A program made the translations under genes and the position numbers. A stretch of 63,040 nt of DNA, filler included, from Lenisia limosa (lineage: Eukaryota; Protista; Breviatea): assembly GCA_001655205.1 (NCBI GenBank). It is 13 parts of 13 records of this genome, joined end to end, with 100 filler letters (N's around TTAATTAATTAA, not from the genome) between each part and the next. Parts side by side here need not be neighbours in the genome. Positions count along the whole stretch, not along the records: positions 1 to 15,727 come from LPNZ01005560.1; 12 more parts are not named here. One strand, 5' to 3'. The notes under the pieces are model-generated. The model was not told where the DNA came from. It ran no database searches and was given only the letters and a program-made list of their open reading frames with translations. This document shows, piece after piece, positions 1-13,232 of the stretch. Position 1 is the stretch's first letter; the number at the start of each line of letters is the position of its first letter.

Positions 1-1197
1 CCTCGACGAGGCCCTCAGAAGGAGGCTGGAGAAGCGAATCTACATCCCCCTCCCAGACTCAGAGTCACGAAAGGCGATCTACGGGATCAATCTCAAGGTG
101 AGCACAGCAGGTGCTGTGATTCAGGGGGATCAATCTCAAGGTGAGCTCTCCAGGTGCTGTGATTCAGGGGGATCAATCTCAAGGTGAGCACACCAGGTGC
201 TGTTGGCGATTCAGGGGTGTCACTTCTGTCTGAAATGCACCGAGAGTATACACTAACGTTTGTACGTCTTGACCAACTTTTCTTAAGCATTATCAGACTA
301 TGTACTTCTCGGATTAAAGTCGATTAGATGGGGCTTGCCATTGAGGTCTCCTTTCGACCTTCGATTCATTGTATTATTTGGAGCTTCAGCCCTTGCTCAC
401 CATGCAGGAGGTGAAGACTGAAGCATCGGTAGACTTTGACAAGCTCGCCGAGCAATGTGCTGGCTATTCAGGTATGAAGATCAAATGGGGGAGGAGTTTT
501 ACATTCTGTTCTGAATTTTCACTGCAGAAGCTACTGACCTGGGCTTTGTTTGTTGTTATCAACCCTTGTGTGTTGTCAGCCAACTGAGTTGATTTGGGCT
601 TTTTTTGTTTCATAAGATTTCCAATTTTACCCCCCCCCCCCAGGTGACGACATCANNNNNNNNNNNNNNNNNNNNNNNNNNNNNNNNNNNNNNNNNNNNN
701 NNNNNNNNNNNNNGCAATGAGACGGCTTGTCAAGGGCAAGAAGGCCGAGGAAATCAAGCAGCTCAAAATGGGTAGGGGAGGGGGGTGTGGTTTGCACGCT
801 TGGTTAATTCCGGTTATATGGAGATCTTGGTAAGTCCGAGGGGAATTGATTCAATATTTGACTCTAACTGTACACAGAGGATGTGGACATTCCTATTACA
901 ACTGAGGATTTCATTACTGCTTTGAAGAAGGTTTGATGAGGGGTAGTATGTATATTTTTACATTTTTGCGTGCAGCCATTGGTTGTACTTTTCATTGAAT
1001 TATTTATTTTGTGTTGAAAAGCTGAATTCTAAATCAAGAAAATATCGCGTGTTACATATCATATTCAAATGAAGCAGTTTATACATTCAATATAATGCCA
1101 TTTTTACAGCCATTAACCACTGCAGGTATCACCTTCAGTGGGGAAGGACGATATAGTCCGATACGAGAAGTGGTACTCAGAGTTTGGCAGTACCTAA
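1..1197 (+). CDS. KATNA1: Katanin p60 ATPase subunit, 3' part (exons 1-97, 408-471, 644-771 with gap, 878-930, 1126-1197)
   Basis: GT-AG splicing gives [19 protein letters not shown]...[17 protein letters not shown]...AMRR...[37 protein letters not shown]. This is the AAA lid plus Vps4_C end typical of katanin p60. A1 versus A-like paralog is not resolved. Confidence 0.88.
85..226 (+). repeat. 43-bp tandem repeat x3 spanning the katanin exon end and 5' splice site
   Basis: GATCAATCTCAAG|GTGAGC recurs with GT at 98, 141 and 184. Confidence 0.95.
516..643 (+). repeat. Intron-3'-end repeat family, copy ending at a katanin acceptor
   Basis: ...GGGCTTTGTTTGTTGTTATCAACCCTTGTGTGTTGTCAGCCAACTGAGTTGATTTGGGCTTTTTTTGTTTCATAAGATTTCCAATTTTAC(C)nAG|exon. 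Confidence 0.9.
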
Positions 1198-1500
1198 ACT
1201 GTGTTGCTTCTTATTTATTTTCTTACTAACTGGGATTGGATTTTGTCAATAAATAAAAATAAATAGAAATAAGGTTCAGAAAAAGAAAAGAGAGCTTTAC
1301 GCTACAAATGCTTGGAAATGACCTGATGTCACTGAAGTCAATCCACAATAGTCTGAGAGGTGAGATGGTTTCGAACAGCTTGGGGTGACATTCTTTTTTT
1401 AACCCAAATATTGAACTTCTTTCTTGATAAACACAGAAAAGGTTGATTATTCAAATTTCACAGATCGACAAGTCTACAAAATCAGGAATCTTGAAGAAAC

Positions 1501-3899
1501 TCAAACGAAAATGCCCCATTGCTTACAAGCTCCTTCGGCATAGCTCAACCAAAAATTGGGCGAGCCAGGATTGGCGTAAACTATATGGTGCAACACTGCT
1601 TCTTTGACCGGATATCCACTGGCAACAACAAAGCGGGGGTCGTGGCCGAGGAGATACTCAATCTTCTCGGGGATTATACACTCAGCGAAACGATTGGGAA
1701 GAATTTCAAATAATCATTGCAAAAAAGCAGACTATTTCTTTGGACACAAAAATGAGTAAGACGTGAATCCATTCCCACAAACATTAGTGCTACATGATCC
1801 AGTAGTCCCTGCCACATGCCCGATACACGATGCTGATGCCGACAGTACATGAACAGTTTCACCATTGGGGGCCTAAATGGTCATCTTGAAATTGCTTTCA
1901 GACAAAAGAAGGAATAATTCTTGTCAAAAAAAGCCTGATGTTCTTGTAAGCACCCTCCACTATGCTGACTCCCTCACCTGGCAATACATTCTGACTTTGG
2001 ATATATCGGGAAGGGTCGCCACCAAAGTGGACAGCGCCTCCCCATACTCGCTTGGATAGTCACCACCATTGAAGCCTATAGCATGGGGAGTGTATCTGAA
2101 CAATAAGAGGAGGTTGAGGTGAAGCTAAAGCTCAGTAGTTTTTTTTTTCAGAAAAAAGGCCCGTATAATACCAGGGGAGGGGGGTGCATAAGGCTTCACT
2201 TCGGTTCGAAAAAGACCGGTAACATATCGATAGTTTCAGTCTTTATTCGAACCGACGTGAAGCCCTAGGGATGCAATACAATATAATCAAAAAAAAACAT
2301 CTGCGCAGTACTGACATTATACCCGTCGTTTCCTCATTAGAATCGAGTCCAAAATAGTCATTAATGCAAGCAACAAATCATGCATACTTTGGGAAATAGC
2401 TGGTGTCCATATGATGCTGTGTAGTGCTTGGAGAACGGTAGTAGTTTGCAATCAGCGTCCATCCGACTAAGTGATGAGTTCTCCGTAATTAACATACTAT
2501 GCGATACTGTATTATATTGCAATGTAACAAGAGAACATAGTGACACATGCAAAAGATGTTTAATTGTGAAATGCAAATTACAAAAGATGCATCTGATCAA
2601 TGCCTTCATAATGCATGATATAGTAAGTTAAATCCAATTACAAGCTCCCAGATTATTTCGCCGATCCTGCTGAACTATTTTACTTTCCAAGGGGGTTTAC
2701 TTTCCAAGGGTGATGAAAGCCTGAAACAAACCCTCGTACCCCCATCTAAAAAGTCGCAGTAGACCTCCTTTTCACCCTGAACTGTAAAAATATTCTAAAT
2801 TTTCTAATCATAAAAATCAATTGTAAAACATAGAAGGGCCTAAGGACTATTTGTTTATGAGCTCAATATGTGATGTGAAGCTGAATCACCATTCCCTCCC
2901 TTAATCGTAAAACATATCCCATTTGATAAGTAATCTCACAGTGCTTACATCAAAGGTCATAACCTTGGCAGTCCCGGACTTTCCAAAATCTGTTATGTGA
3001 AAAATAATAATTGATGTTTATGACATGTATAGTATATCATTTTTCTATTGATGTTTATTTCAAAATAAAATTCACCAGTTTGGAAACTGAAAAGCAAATA
3101 GAGAAACTGTGATGAAAGCTTATCTTTTAGGAGAAAAAAAAAAAACCGAAGGAAAGGATAATCAACCTTCTATTAATTTTCCAAAAATCGGAGATATTCA
3201 GTAAACGATGATATTATTCTATGATGTAAAGACTCAGTTAAGACAGCCACTTACCAGTGCAATTGTCATAGACCTTCATTTGCGCAAGCTCCTGAAAATA
3301 TTAATAAGACCAAAGAAGACCCTAGAAAGAAAACACAGCAAACCACGCAATGAATCCCACTCACCTGCTCAAGCACCAACATTCTGACTTCAAGACTGCT
3401 GATGTGGCCTTTGAGTGAGTCCTATGAAGTTAAAGGCAATAAAACAACAAAAACCCGGAATCTATTCTCTCAATAAATAATACACAAGCAATTGCACAGT
3501 AATAAAATACACAAATGAAGAAGGGTTATAATGGTGCTTTCGCACTATCAAAAATTCCTCTGACTATCAAATATTCCTCTCATGGATAAATTAACAAAAA
3601 GCCCATACTACCACAACACATAGCAACTTCCCCAACCTGCGATATCTTAACCAATCCATTCACACAGCTTTCAGCAACTCCCCACATACGATGATTTCTG
3701 TTGAGTTGATGGATTCCTCGGTGACCAAGTTGCTACCTCCTAATGAAACGGGTCCATTCCCCAGGCTAAATAAACGGTAAGCAAGTAAGAAAGCAACGAG
3801 ATGGAAGAAGGATGCCTCCATGACAAACCTTAGAGACACTGCGCCGTAGCACAGCCAAATGCAGTGCTGAAGTAGAAGTAAATATACGTATTGCTTCAT
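1501..3899 (-). CDS. Secreted coiled-coil + fibrinogen-related (FReD/intelectin-like) domain protein
   Basis: Hydrophobic N-terminus (MKQYVYLLLLQHCIWLCYG...). Spliced exons give SLKGHISSLEVRMLVLEQELAQMKVYDNCTDFGKSGTAKVMTFD|GEKEVYCDFLDG|VGWTLIANYYRSP...KVRMYCQ|APNGETVH...CKQWGIFV*. VYCD...GWTLI is the fibrinogen-C signature. The last-exon structure is uncertain. Confidence 0.65.
2189..2267. mobile_element. hAT-type MITE, TIR class A, internally deleted
   Basis: TIRs TAAGGCTTCACTTCGGTTCGAA...TTCGAACCGACGTGAAGCCCTA; flanks GGGGTGCA/GGGATGCA match at 7 of 8. Confidence 0.85.
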
Positions 3900-4115
3900 T
3901 TACAAGAATATTCAAAGTATATATATCTCTTTGAGATGATTTTTGGCAGTTTTTGGTTTTGGCTCACATATTTGCATGTAATCATATGCAAACCCCTATG
4001 AACTAATTAATAAAAGTTTTTTTTTAGCCTGTGAACCAGTGTGTGAACCTTTTATTTTCAGATTGAAATTGGGGGAAATAAATACTATTTGTAGTTATAC
4101 CTAAACTTGATCGTA

Positions 4116-7100
4116 ATGGCAGACTTCAAGCCTTCCCGCAAAAGGCGTCTCAACCAGGATCGTCCAGGTGAGTCGCCATCCCACTCCCTTCGCGTTTTGC
4201 CATTCATTTATCAAACAGTAACACAAAATGCGCCCTTGCCATCGTCCAGCCGTCTTCCCTTCTCCCTCCCGCTGACCAAGTTTGTCGAAGCACGGTGCAA
4301 TGAGATGCGCTGGTTCCATGGTGCCATCTTCAACACACATGGGGTAGGCTTTGGGTGGGATTAATACAACGGTGCGTTCAATTTCACCATTCTTGGTTAG
4401 ATCTTCCCATTTTGCAGTTGTTTTGACCATTTCGCTCACTGTTCTTTACATTTCTTTTGATATTCTCATATTTTTATTCAATTCTAGTAATGAAGATTTG
4501 AATAAAATATGTTTGTTTGTATCAACATCAAATGTTACCCAATAGCGTTTTTTGTTGTTTGTTTGTTTGTTTGTTTGTTTGTTTGTTTGTCTGTGTGTTT
4601 GTTTGTTTGTTTGTTTGTCTACTGTACCCCACTCCCCTCCGGTGCACTATTGATCAATAATCTTGGTTCTTCGAAGAGTCTGAAACAGGCTTCGCTAATT
4701 GTATCTTGTGAGATGCGGTACTGCGGAAGCACTGGACTTTGTTTATTTTGTTGCTCAACCCTCGTGTGTTGTCAGCCAACAGAGCTGATTTTGGGTTTTT
4801 ATTTTGTTTTAAATTATCCAATTTTACCCCCCCCCCCNNNNNNNNNNNNNNNNNNNNNNNNNNNNNNNNNNNNNNNNNNNNNNNNNNNNNNNNNNNNNNN
4901 NNNNNNNNNNNNNNNNNNNNNNNNNNNNNNNNNNNNNNNNNNNNNNNNNNNNNNNNNNNNNNNNNNNNNNNNNNNNNNNNNNNNNNNNNNNNNNNNNNNN
5001 NNNNNNNNNNNNNNNNNNNNNNNNNNNNNNNNNNNNNNNNNNNNNNNNNNNNNNNNNNNNNNNNNNNNNNNNNNNNNNNNNNNNNNNNNNNNNNNTTGGC
5101 TTTGTTCTAATCATGTTGTGTCATAACGAAATTATCTGTCCATTTGAATGGAAGTGATGGAAGCAGAACGTATCGGCCGCACATGTGCCGTTCCGACCCA
5201 GGTCCGTCCGAAGGCGTGGCAAGTTCCTTCGCGCTGTCACTACGCTCAAGTGGGGCATATGGGTGTTTAAATGAGCGTGGGGTAGCTTAATATTATACTA
5301 TAATCCAATATCTCTTATAAGCATGATGGNNNNNNNNNNNNNNNNNNNNNNNNNNNNNNNNNNNNNNNNNNNNNNNNNNNNNNNNNNNNNNNNNNNNNNN
5401 NNNNNNNNNNNNNNNNNNNNNNNNNNNNNNNNNNNNNNNNNNNNNNNNNNNNNNNNNNNNNNNNNNNNNNNNNNNNNNNNNNNNNNNNNNNNNNNNNNNN
5501 NNNNNNNNNNNNNNNNNNNNNNNNNNNNNNNNNNNNNNNNNNNNNNNTTCTTATAATAATATTGAACTTCTCAGTTTGATGACTTACAATGTAGCCCCGC
5601 ACCCCCGTGAACAAAAGCAAAAGAGCGGCCTTTCGAACCCTTTCCACTGCCTGTGGAGTGGAGGATTTAGGATGGTGGAGGTTGGTGGTGGTATACAAAT
5701 AAAAATAAATACTATGATTTAGTGATTTTTAATAGATAGATGTGTCATCCTTTCACATGAGTCTTCACTATGATATAGTGATGTGAACAGCGGATATATC
5801 TTTCTCTGATTACAATATTGCTAAATATAATAACTATACATAAGACAAGGTGGTTGCCTTTGTGACCGTTCAGTTGTATTGAGGCACATGGCACAACGGA
5901 AAACATCCGAAAAGGACTGGGTAAACTTTCCGAAGCCCCATGGTCAAGTCTTGTCAAGTCCACGTGGGTGGCGTTGCCAGCTTTATACTGTTGTTTGCGG
6001 TGCTGATACAATTAAGGCTCCCTACGGTCCCAAAAAAGAATGAATTTCTCGATAAATCCTCGATAAATATCAATGTTTTGACGGTCTTTCCGGGCCGTAG
6101 GGAAGCCCTAGATACAATCAAAGCCCCTGCCTGTCCCTTGTGGGACTGTGATCCTCCATATTGGTAGATATTCCCAGAGCAAATACCCCTCCATAGTTGC
6201 ATTTACCCCCTAGATATTACCCCTACCCCAACTGGGTGGACTCCCATCTGTACTACTCGGGGGAGTATCATGCGCCGTGTTCATTACTATGGGTAAGCAG
6301 ACGGGTGTCTCTTTGTATCCGGCAGATCTTTATGATCCTAGTTCAGTAGACTTTACTGCAAAAATACAACAGTTTCTGTGGGATTTAATTCAAATTGTAT
6401 GAATAAACTCAACTTCAGTAATGGTTTTCTCATTTTGAAAATTACTAATCCTCCACCCCCCTAGATTCCTGGGGATGATTCCCGCCATTCCTCTGTTGAC
6501 GAATACAACAGCAAACTCTCAGCCGATAACTCTGCCCGAGTGATGATGGACCCCCAGGAAACTTCATGTGGGCGGTTCTCTTGCTCAAGCACTCTGTGCT
6601 CACGTATTTATTGTAAACAAGAGGCAAATGGTCGAGTGTTTTCCATTTATGCTCATCTATATCGCCTGTAAATATGATATTGATTGGAAATATGACTATT
6701 TATTTTCTATGACATACAACAGTCACGCTGTTCTATATTTATTTTGTGTTGACTTACAAACTCCCTTTTCACTCCAAAAAGGTACAGTTCCCGAGTCGCG
6801 AATCATGCTATTCTTCCACCCTGCTGCCGACACCAGCATGTCAAAGTTCTTAGAAGCCTTTGAAAACTGTAGGTGTAGAGTCCAAACTATCACCAACTAT
6901 TATATTGCCAGGTGATGTTACTGTTTAATTTTACAAAAACGCTTAGTGTATAAATGGGCAATAAATTACATTACTCCGTACAGGCTCGACCAAGGTCGTG
7001 AATGCAGCCAAGCTCCCAAATGAACAAGGGGGAAATGGTGGGCAGGGGAACGATATTAAAGTGAAGAGAGGGGTGATAGTTAAATATGTATGAATTACTA

Positions 7101-10100
7101 ATACGGTTTGGTATTAGCAACCCAGTTCATACTATCAGGCACCACTACTATAGTAGGAAACATTTACCTACTTTCTGTATTTGGCATGTATTGATATCCA
7201 CTTACCATATTAGGAACGCATGGCCACGACACGTCCATGCCTGCAGAGAACATACCTGAACCGGTGACCCTTCTTCGACTCCGCGGGCCTAAGTCCGCCG
7301 CCGTATTGGCTAGAGTGNNNNNNNNNNNNNNNNNNNNNNNNNNNNNNNNNNNNNNNNNNNNNNNNNNNNNNNNNNNNNNNNNNNNNNNNNNNNNNNNNNN
7401 NNNNNNNNNNNNNNNNNNNNNNNNNNNNNNNNNNTCCTTTGTAGTCTCAGGCCCTTGGACCTCCCTGTTGCCCCTCGATTCCTCCGCCACCGTTCAGAAT
7501 ACAAGGCCCAGATGACTGCCCAGAACAACCTCAAAAACAAGACGCTGTATGACCAGGATAAGCCTCGCGGTGCCCCTGATACTGACCTGTCCGCTGGGAT
7601 GGCTTTGACTGGATATTTGGATATTGGTGATAGTGGGTTATAATATTGATCCGCCAGGTTTGCTGCGATTCCTGCTGACCTGCGTCCGGAAGGGGCTGAT
7701 TCAGAGGACGAAAGTGACCACGATTCTGTGGGCGTTTTAGTGATCATGTACATTCATGTTGAAGGACTCTCAAGAATTTATTTCGAGAATTAACAACTGA
7801 TTCCTGCCCCCCCCCCCCCNNNNNNNNNNNNNNNNNNNNNNNNNNNNNNNNNNNNNNNNNNNNNNNNNNNNNNNNNNNNNNNNNNNNNNNNNNNNNNNNN
7901 NNNNNNNNNNNNNNNNCGCTGTAATGTACTCTGATTGTTAGCATTTGGTGGGTCTCACCTTTTAGGATGAGGAAAAATCCGGAAGCAAATCAATTGACGA
8001 AGCTTCCGACGAACCAAAAGAGGAAACGAAAGAAGAGGCCTTACCTAAAGAAGCAAGTGAAGTGGCAAACTTACAAAAAGAGGAAACTGACACTGTGAAG
8101 TGTGAAGATCCCAAAGCAAAATGGTCAAATATTCCTTGTGAGTTTTGTTTCAAGTTCATGCTTCAGATTTTATTCAGAACACTACAACACATCATATGCA
8201 CATATACATGTTATATCATAATATAGCTATATTATTATATAACTATTATATCAGATGCATGATATAAGATATGATAAGTAATTATCATGCGCTTAAGCTT
8301 TTCAAAGCTGAAATGACGCTGATATACGCTAAGTGCTCTAAACCGCACCATTTCTCTCACTCAACTCGATATAACTTGGCTCAGTGGATAAATCCGAGGA
8401 AATCCGAGAGGAGTTCGCCTACATTCCTAATGGATCAGTTTTCTCATTCAAATCCCAGGATCCAAGGTAGGTATAAGCTGAAGCAACACTTGAAGTTATT
8501 GATTTATTCTCTGTACCGAGAGATAATACGAAGTACCAATATCTAATAACAACACATAGTCCAGGAAATTCAAGAACTATACATCTCTATTTCTGTTTTA
8601 TGGTTAGTAATTGACCACCCAGATTGACAGTTCCCCTGGGGAGAGACTTACTTGCTATTCACCGTCAGTTGATGTAAGCCTTTTTGGGACTAAATATACA
8701 TATATTATATAAATATTATATCATATATTTGCAATTGTGGGGATATAGAACCTCCTTGCCGAAGTCTCATGCTAATAAATATCACAATGGGGATGATGTG
8801 CTGCAGTATTAGCTGATTCTGGGCGATTTACCCAAGTGGGTGAAACAATTCGTAATATACGTAGCGTTGTTATCTCCTGTTCGCTCTTTCTTCACCTGCT
8901 CATTCACAAAATAGGAACGCTTCAGCACCGGTTCCATCTGAGCACCTCAAATACTGCCCAAACCGGCGAATTTCTTGGAACCCGGCCCGATTTGATTTGA
9001 GTTCCTCCGAAGGCCGTCTCGCCGCCCGGTGTACCAAGTCCGATCATGAGATCAACAAACAAAGAGGACTGGTGGGGGGGGGGGGNNNNNNNNNNNNNNN
9101 NNNNNNNNNNNNNNNNNNNNNNNNNNNNNNNNNNNNNNNNNNNNNNNNNNNNNNNNNNNNNNNNNNNCTTCTCCCTGGTGCGTCTTTTATGAACTCCTCG
9201 CCAATGAGTGCCATTGTCGCTAAAACAGCCGGACATGTAGGCTTCCTGAGATATACATCATATTTTCTTGAGCTTTAGCTCTGTCTTTTTCTGTCTTTTT
9301 CACATTTTTTCTTCGTCTCGTAATTCGGTTCAATTGACCCCTTAAATATCGCTAGATTTTTCTCAACAATCATCTTTATTTCGAACCAAAGTGAAGCCCC
9401 GGTAATGACAACTTGATATTTAGTAAAGTTAAAGCGGTGTGTCTCTGTCGTGTCAAATCGGCTTTCCCATTGAAAAAGCCCCTCACTCAACAGGGACTCG
9501 TGGAAAAGTCAGGCGACCTCTGCATTGTCGTTCCCCTCTCATGGGCATGCACTCTCCTCAAGTCCTTGAACATGGCTGGCGCGAGATTGATGGGTGCGTG
9601 GGAAACGTTACCTCATTTGTGCATGTTGCACTTTACTCCAAGGCAAGGATTGTCATTTCCAACTAGTTTCGGATATTGAGAAATATTTTCTCGAGAATTT
9701 GGATATCGATTAATATAACAATTGCATTGCGAATATGCATTATTGACATTTTAGGTACTGACTGTATCGAAGCCGCGGACTATGAAGCTGGTGGGGTATA
9801 GACTTCACCAATATTCAATACCATATCCTTTATAAGCGTAGTAATTGGTGGTAAGGCAAGAGATAAGCAAGCCTACAGTCCCCATTTCTCTCGTTTTGAA
9901 GACTATCGAACTGGTCCCTTCGAGCGTGTAATTCTATTCTCAATTATTATTGCCAAAACATCTCACAGCACAGGGCAGCTGAACTTCTGTGACGCAGTTG
10001 ATTCGGCGCACTACTATGACAAAGCCAGGAAGAAAGCAGAAGACAGCACGTACAAGTGGATGTCCACTCCCAAGGCCAAACGCACTAATTACGCGTAGGG

Positions 10101-12945
10101 GGGAGGAGTAAAACGAAGGAAATTTCGACAAAGAATATTGACACAATCATCTTAAACAATTCACTTGTAGCTAGAGCTTCACTTCGGTTCGAAAAAAGAC
10201 TGAATTTCTCGATAAATCCTCGAAAACTATCGATACTTTACCGGTATTTTTCCAACCGAAGTGAAGCCTTACTTGTAGCAGTTTGGAATACTATTATTGT
10301 TGGAAAATGTTTGGTTAAATTACAGTTTTGCTACAATCAACAGGGTTTCCTGAAGTGACAGATTTGAGGCTTGAGATCCTACCTTTTATTGATTCATCCA
10401 CTGGTACTCAACATATATGTAACATCATTCTATCTATTTCTGCTCATTTGACTAGGGCTCTGCGGTCGCCGTGGTGCTTTCAGCAGCCATGGGCTACCCT
10501 TTGCTCGTCAGGATTGGAATGGAGAGGCTCTCCACGTGCCTTATCTGAATGTTTCCCCTGCGACTCACCGTTTGACCCCGAAGCTTCAACAACCAAGGGT
10601 GGGTGGTCCACGTATTTCGCAAGTGAGGCAGTTTTATTTCATTCATTATGGCATGTCATAACGGTGTATCATCTTTTTTTCCAAGATGACTGTTAAATGT
10701 ATTCAAGACTTATCCTCAGCCTTATTTTGTTTGACCAAAACAGAAGAAACTGAACCTCCTCTCAGCAAGAAGCCCAAAAAACAGGTTGGTTGAAAAGCGA
10801 AAGTCCTGTTATACATCTTGATATCTTCCCACAATCTAGGATGCGAATACACCAGTTGATATAATTAACATGATAATCAGCCATTTTTCTTTGAAAACTG
10901 CTAACAGGGCTTGTCCACATCAGATGAATCTCAGTGATCTTTCATTCTCAATTCGTTTTTACTCAATTTTTTAGTACGTTCCCCCTAAGACGGACTTTGC
11001 TGCCGACTGTCCGAGTGGCACGGTTTCAATCCTTCGTGACCCCCTTGCCCTTTCCCTTCTCCGCTATAAAGGTAGGTTTCTCGACACTGAATGTTGACCA
11101 AAGCCCTCAATATTGTATCAAAAGGGTTTAATTAGGTGGAATTATGAGACAAGGGCAGATACCATTTATTCTTTCCCATTGTTCAAGGTTAATATCAAAA
11201 CCTCACATTTTGTAATTTGGCTCAATTTGTATTGTTCTAGTGTTACACTTTCAGTTCCCTCAGTCTACACCTCCTCCAAAAGCCCCCTCTCAAAGCAAAT
11301 GCACGTTCCATCCACAGTTTGGGGGTAATTGGCGGTTTCAGTGTTTTTGTTTTGATTACTAATGGTAATAATTTGCTGGGACCGTGTGCGCGGTGTTGTT
11401 TGGCAAATGATTGGGCGTTTCAATCTCTCTTAAACGTGAAACTTCGGTCAGATACTTCTTTTATATTTCTTCATGTGATATTCATATTAACACGTCCAAA
11501 ACCTCTTACCTGCTGTATTCCAAAACACTCCAAAGAAATCCTCGTGAAAGAAGATGAATGTATATTACTCTTTATTGTTCAGCCTTCCGTCACCTCAACT
11601 GATCTGCTGTTCCCCTTTATCATGAAAACAACATCCCAAGCCGTATCAAGCAAGCTGCCCAAAACCGTGCGCAAACTTGTAGGCGTCGGCATGCAGTTCG
11701 ACCACGCCGTGGCTAAGAAGTTGACCAACAATGTTGCCCTCAACGAGGTGTGTTTGGGGCGATTCAAGAGCCACTGCTTCCCAGAGGGGAACTGGTGAAA
11801 TTTACATGATGCAATGATTTCAAACTATGGTTCACTATGTGTTAAAGATTTGCTCATGCGTTGATTGGGGGCTTCAAATCAAAATAGTATAATAAGTTTC
11901 TGATAACAATAGTTGATTGTTTATTCGTAAGAATCCACATTAGACCCCATTGAATTGACCCGCCCAGTTGCTGACATCACTCTATTCGCCGCCCGAACCT
12001 TCCACTCTGATCCCCTGTCACGTGAGGGCCTCTCTTCGTAGGTGGACGTTCTGGGAGTTGGGGGTGATTGTATAATGTAGGACCCTCTTATTCAGTTCAT
12101 ATAGTGTTTACCCCCCCAGGCGGCCGGCCCCACGAAGGTGCCATGATAGGCCTTCCAACCGCCGAAGATATCGCAGAGTTCGTCAAAGGCCTTCCTAACA
12201 AGTCTCCGAAGAATGGTTGGGGGTACTACACGGTTTATGATGTGCCTTTCCCCCATCACATGATTTTCTCGATCTAAGCGACTTCGGCTTCCCTACGGTC
12301 CTCGAAAAAACCCGTTTAAATATCGATATTTATCGAGGATTTATCGCGAGATTTGGTCTTTTTTGGGACCGTAGGGAAGCCCAAGATGGAACTACTTGGA
12401 ATACACGCCCCATTCTCTATTAAGCCTTGACTGCGATAAATGACTCTGCAGAAGTCGGGCTTATTGACGGGTGGTGGCTTGGCTTCAGAGAGCCAGAGGC
12501 GACTGAGAGTGATAGCAAATCCGGAGTAAGGGGGTGTATCTTTTTGAGTGTGTATAAGGGGGATTTGAAAGGAGTATCTTGTGTATCCTGCTTTTTATTT
12601 TGTGTTGTTTTTTTCCAACCCACATTTCCCTCACCACCAGCGCGAGATCATTGGCTTCACAACGTCATCCGGATTCCGCATGGTCTCCGGCACCGGTGAG
12701 GCTCAGGCCCTGTTGCCACTGAGGGACCTCTCAAGGGTGTTTGCACAGGCCCATGCGTAAGGGGGGGTAAATGTCAAGTTTATATTGCCAAGAGGCATCC
12801 ACTCATATAAAAACAAGCCACTTACAAGGTGACAAGTCTTAACCTGACCAGTCATAACCTGCGCTTACCGTTTGTGTTGGTGCGTAACCCCACGTCTCTT
12901 ACCTGGAGACCTTGTTTCATTTCCGTTGTCTCCCCGCTGTCCTAG
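4116..12945 (+). CDS. POP1: RNase P/MRP protein subunit POP1, about 25 exons, some lost in gaps
   Basis: Motifs appear in the expected order: TKFVEARCNEM; PRTPVNKSKRAAFRTLSTACGVEDLG; RIMLFFHPAA; LLRLRGPKSAAVL; IVVPLSWA...GARLMG; TPKAKRTNY; GRPHEGAMIGLPT; REIIGFTTSSGF...GTGEAQAL; VLVRNPTSLTWRPC. ATG at 4116, TAG at 12943-12945. Confidence 0.85.
4547..4619 (+). repeat. (GTTT)n microsatellite in a POP1 intron
   Basis: About 70 bp of near-perfect GTTT units. Confidence 0.9.
4708..4837 (+). repeat. Intron-3'-end repeat family, copy in a POP1 intron
   Basis: Same consensus, ending in poly-C at an assembly gap. Confidence 0.88.
6013..6110. mobile_element. hAT-type MITE, TIR class B
   Basis: TAAGGCTCCCTACGGTCCC...GGGCCGTAGGGAAGCCCTA with a perfect 8-bp TSD, GATACAAT. 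Confidence 0.9.
10172..10271. mobile_element. hAT-type MITE, TIR class A
   Basis: TAGAGCTTCACTTCGGTTCGAA...CCGAAGTGAAGCCTTA with a perfect 8-bp TSD, CTTGTAGC. Confidence 0.92.
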
Positions 12946-13232
12946 TTGTCTTTTCTTTCTGATTTCACATGTATTTTGTTTCCATTGTATTGTCAATTTT
13001 AAGAACTCCATGGTACAGAAATATGGACATATCTGGATGATATTGAATATGTGTCATACAGTATAGTAATATTCAAATGTGTTATTATGCTTGTATGCCA
13101 TAATAAAATGAGATAGAGGTGCTTCACGACAAACAAGGGATGGAACCGATTTCTACCATATGAGATTTACATACTATACAGATCAGAAGAAGGATTCAAA
13201 CACCATAAACAGATATCAACACCCATGGCGGA

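Noticed and set aside
1700-1745. In-frame TAG and TGA in the last coding region of the fibrinogen-like gene, as possible readthrough or an alternative genetic code
   Set aside because: A phase-0 GTTTGT...GAG intron can remove both stops, and other genes here end in TAA, TAG or TGA normally.
2680-2712. 20-nt micro-exon with a duplicated donor
   Set aside because: Its phase is incompatible. The exon GEKEVYCDFLDG at about 2739-2775 joins the flanking exons correctly, so this is only an intronic duplication.
4838-5095. N runs as deliberately masked or hidden elements
   Set aside because: Most internal gaps start or end at G or C homopolymers, consistent with sequencing dropout. Expected exons (e.g. 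POP1 RRR and WLxTH motifs) probably lie inside them.
4509-5126. Long ORFs in the track that cross N runs or microsatellites (e.g. 4509-5126, 22168-22506, 61699-62148)
   Set aside because: They are open only because N codons and simple repeats lack stops.
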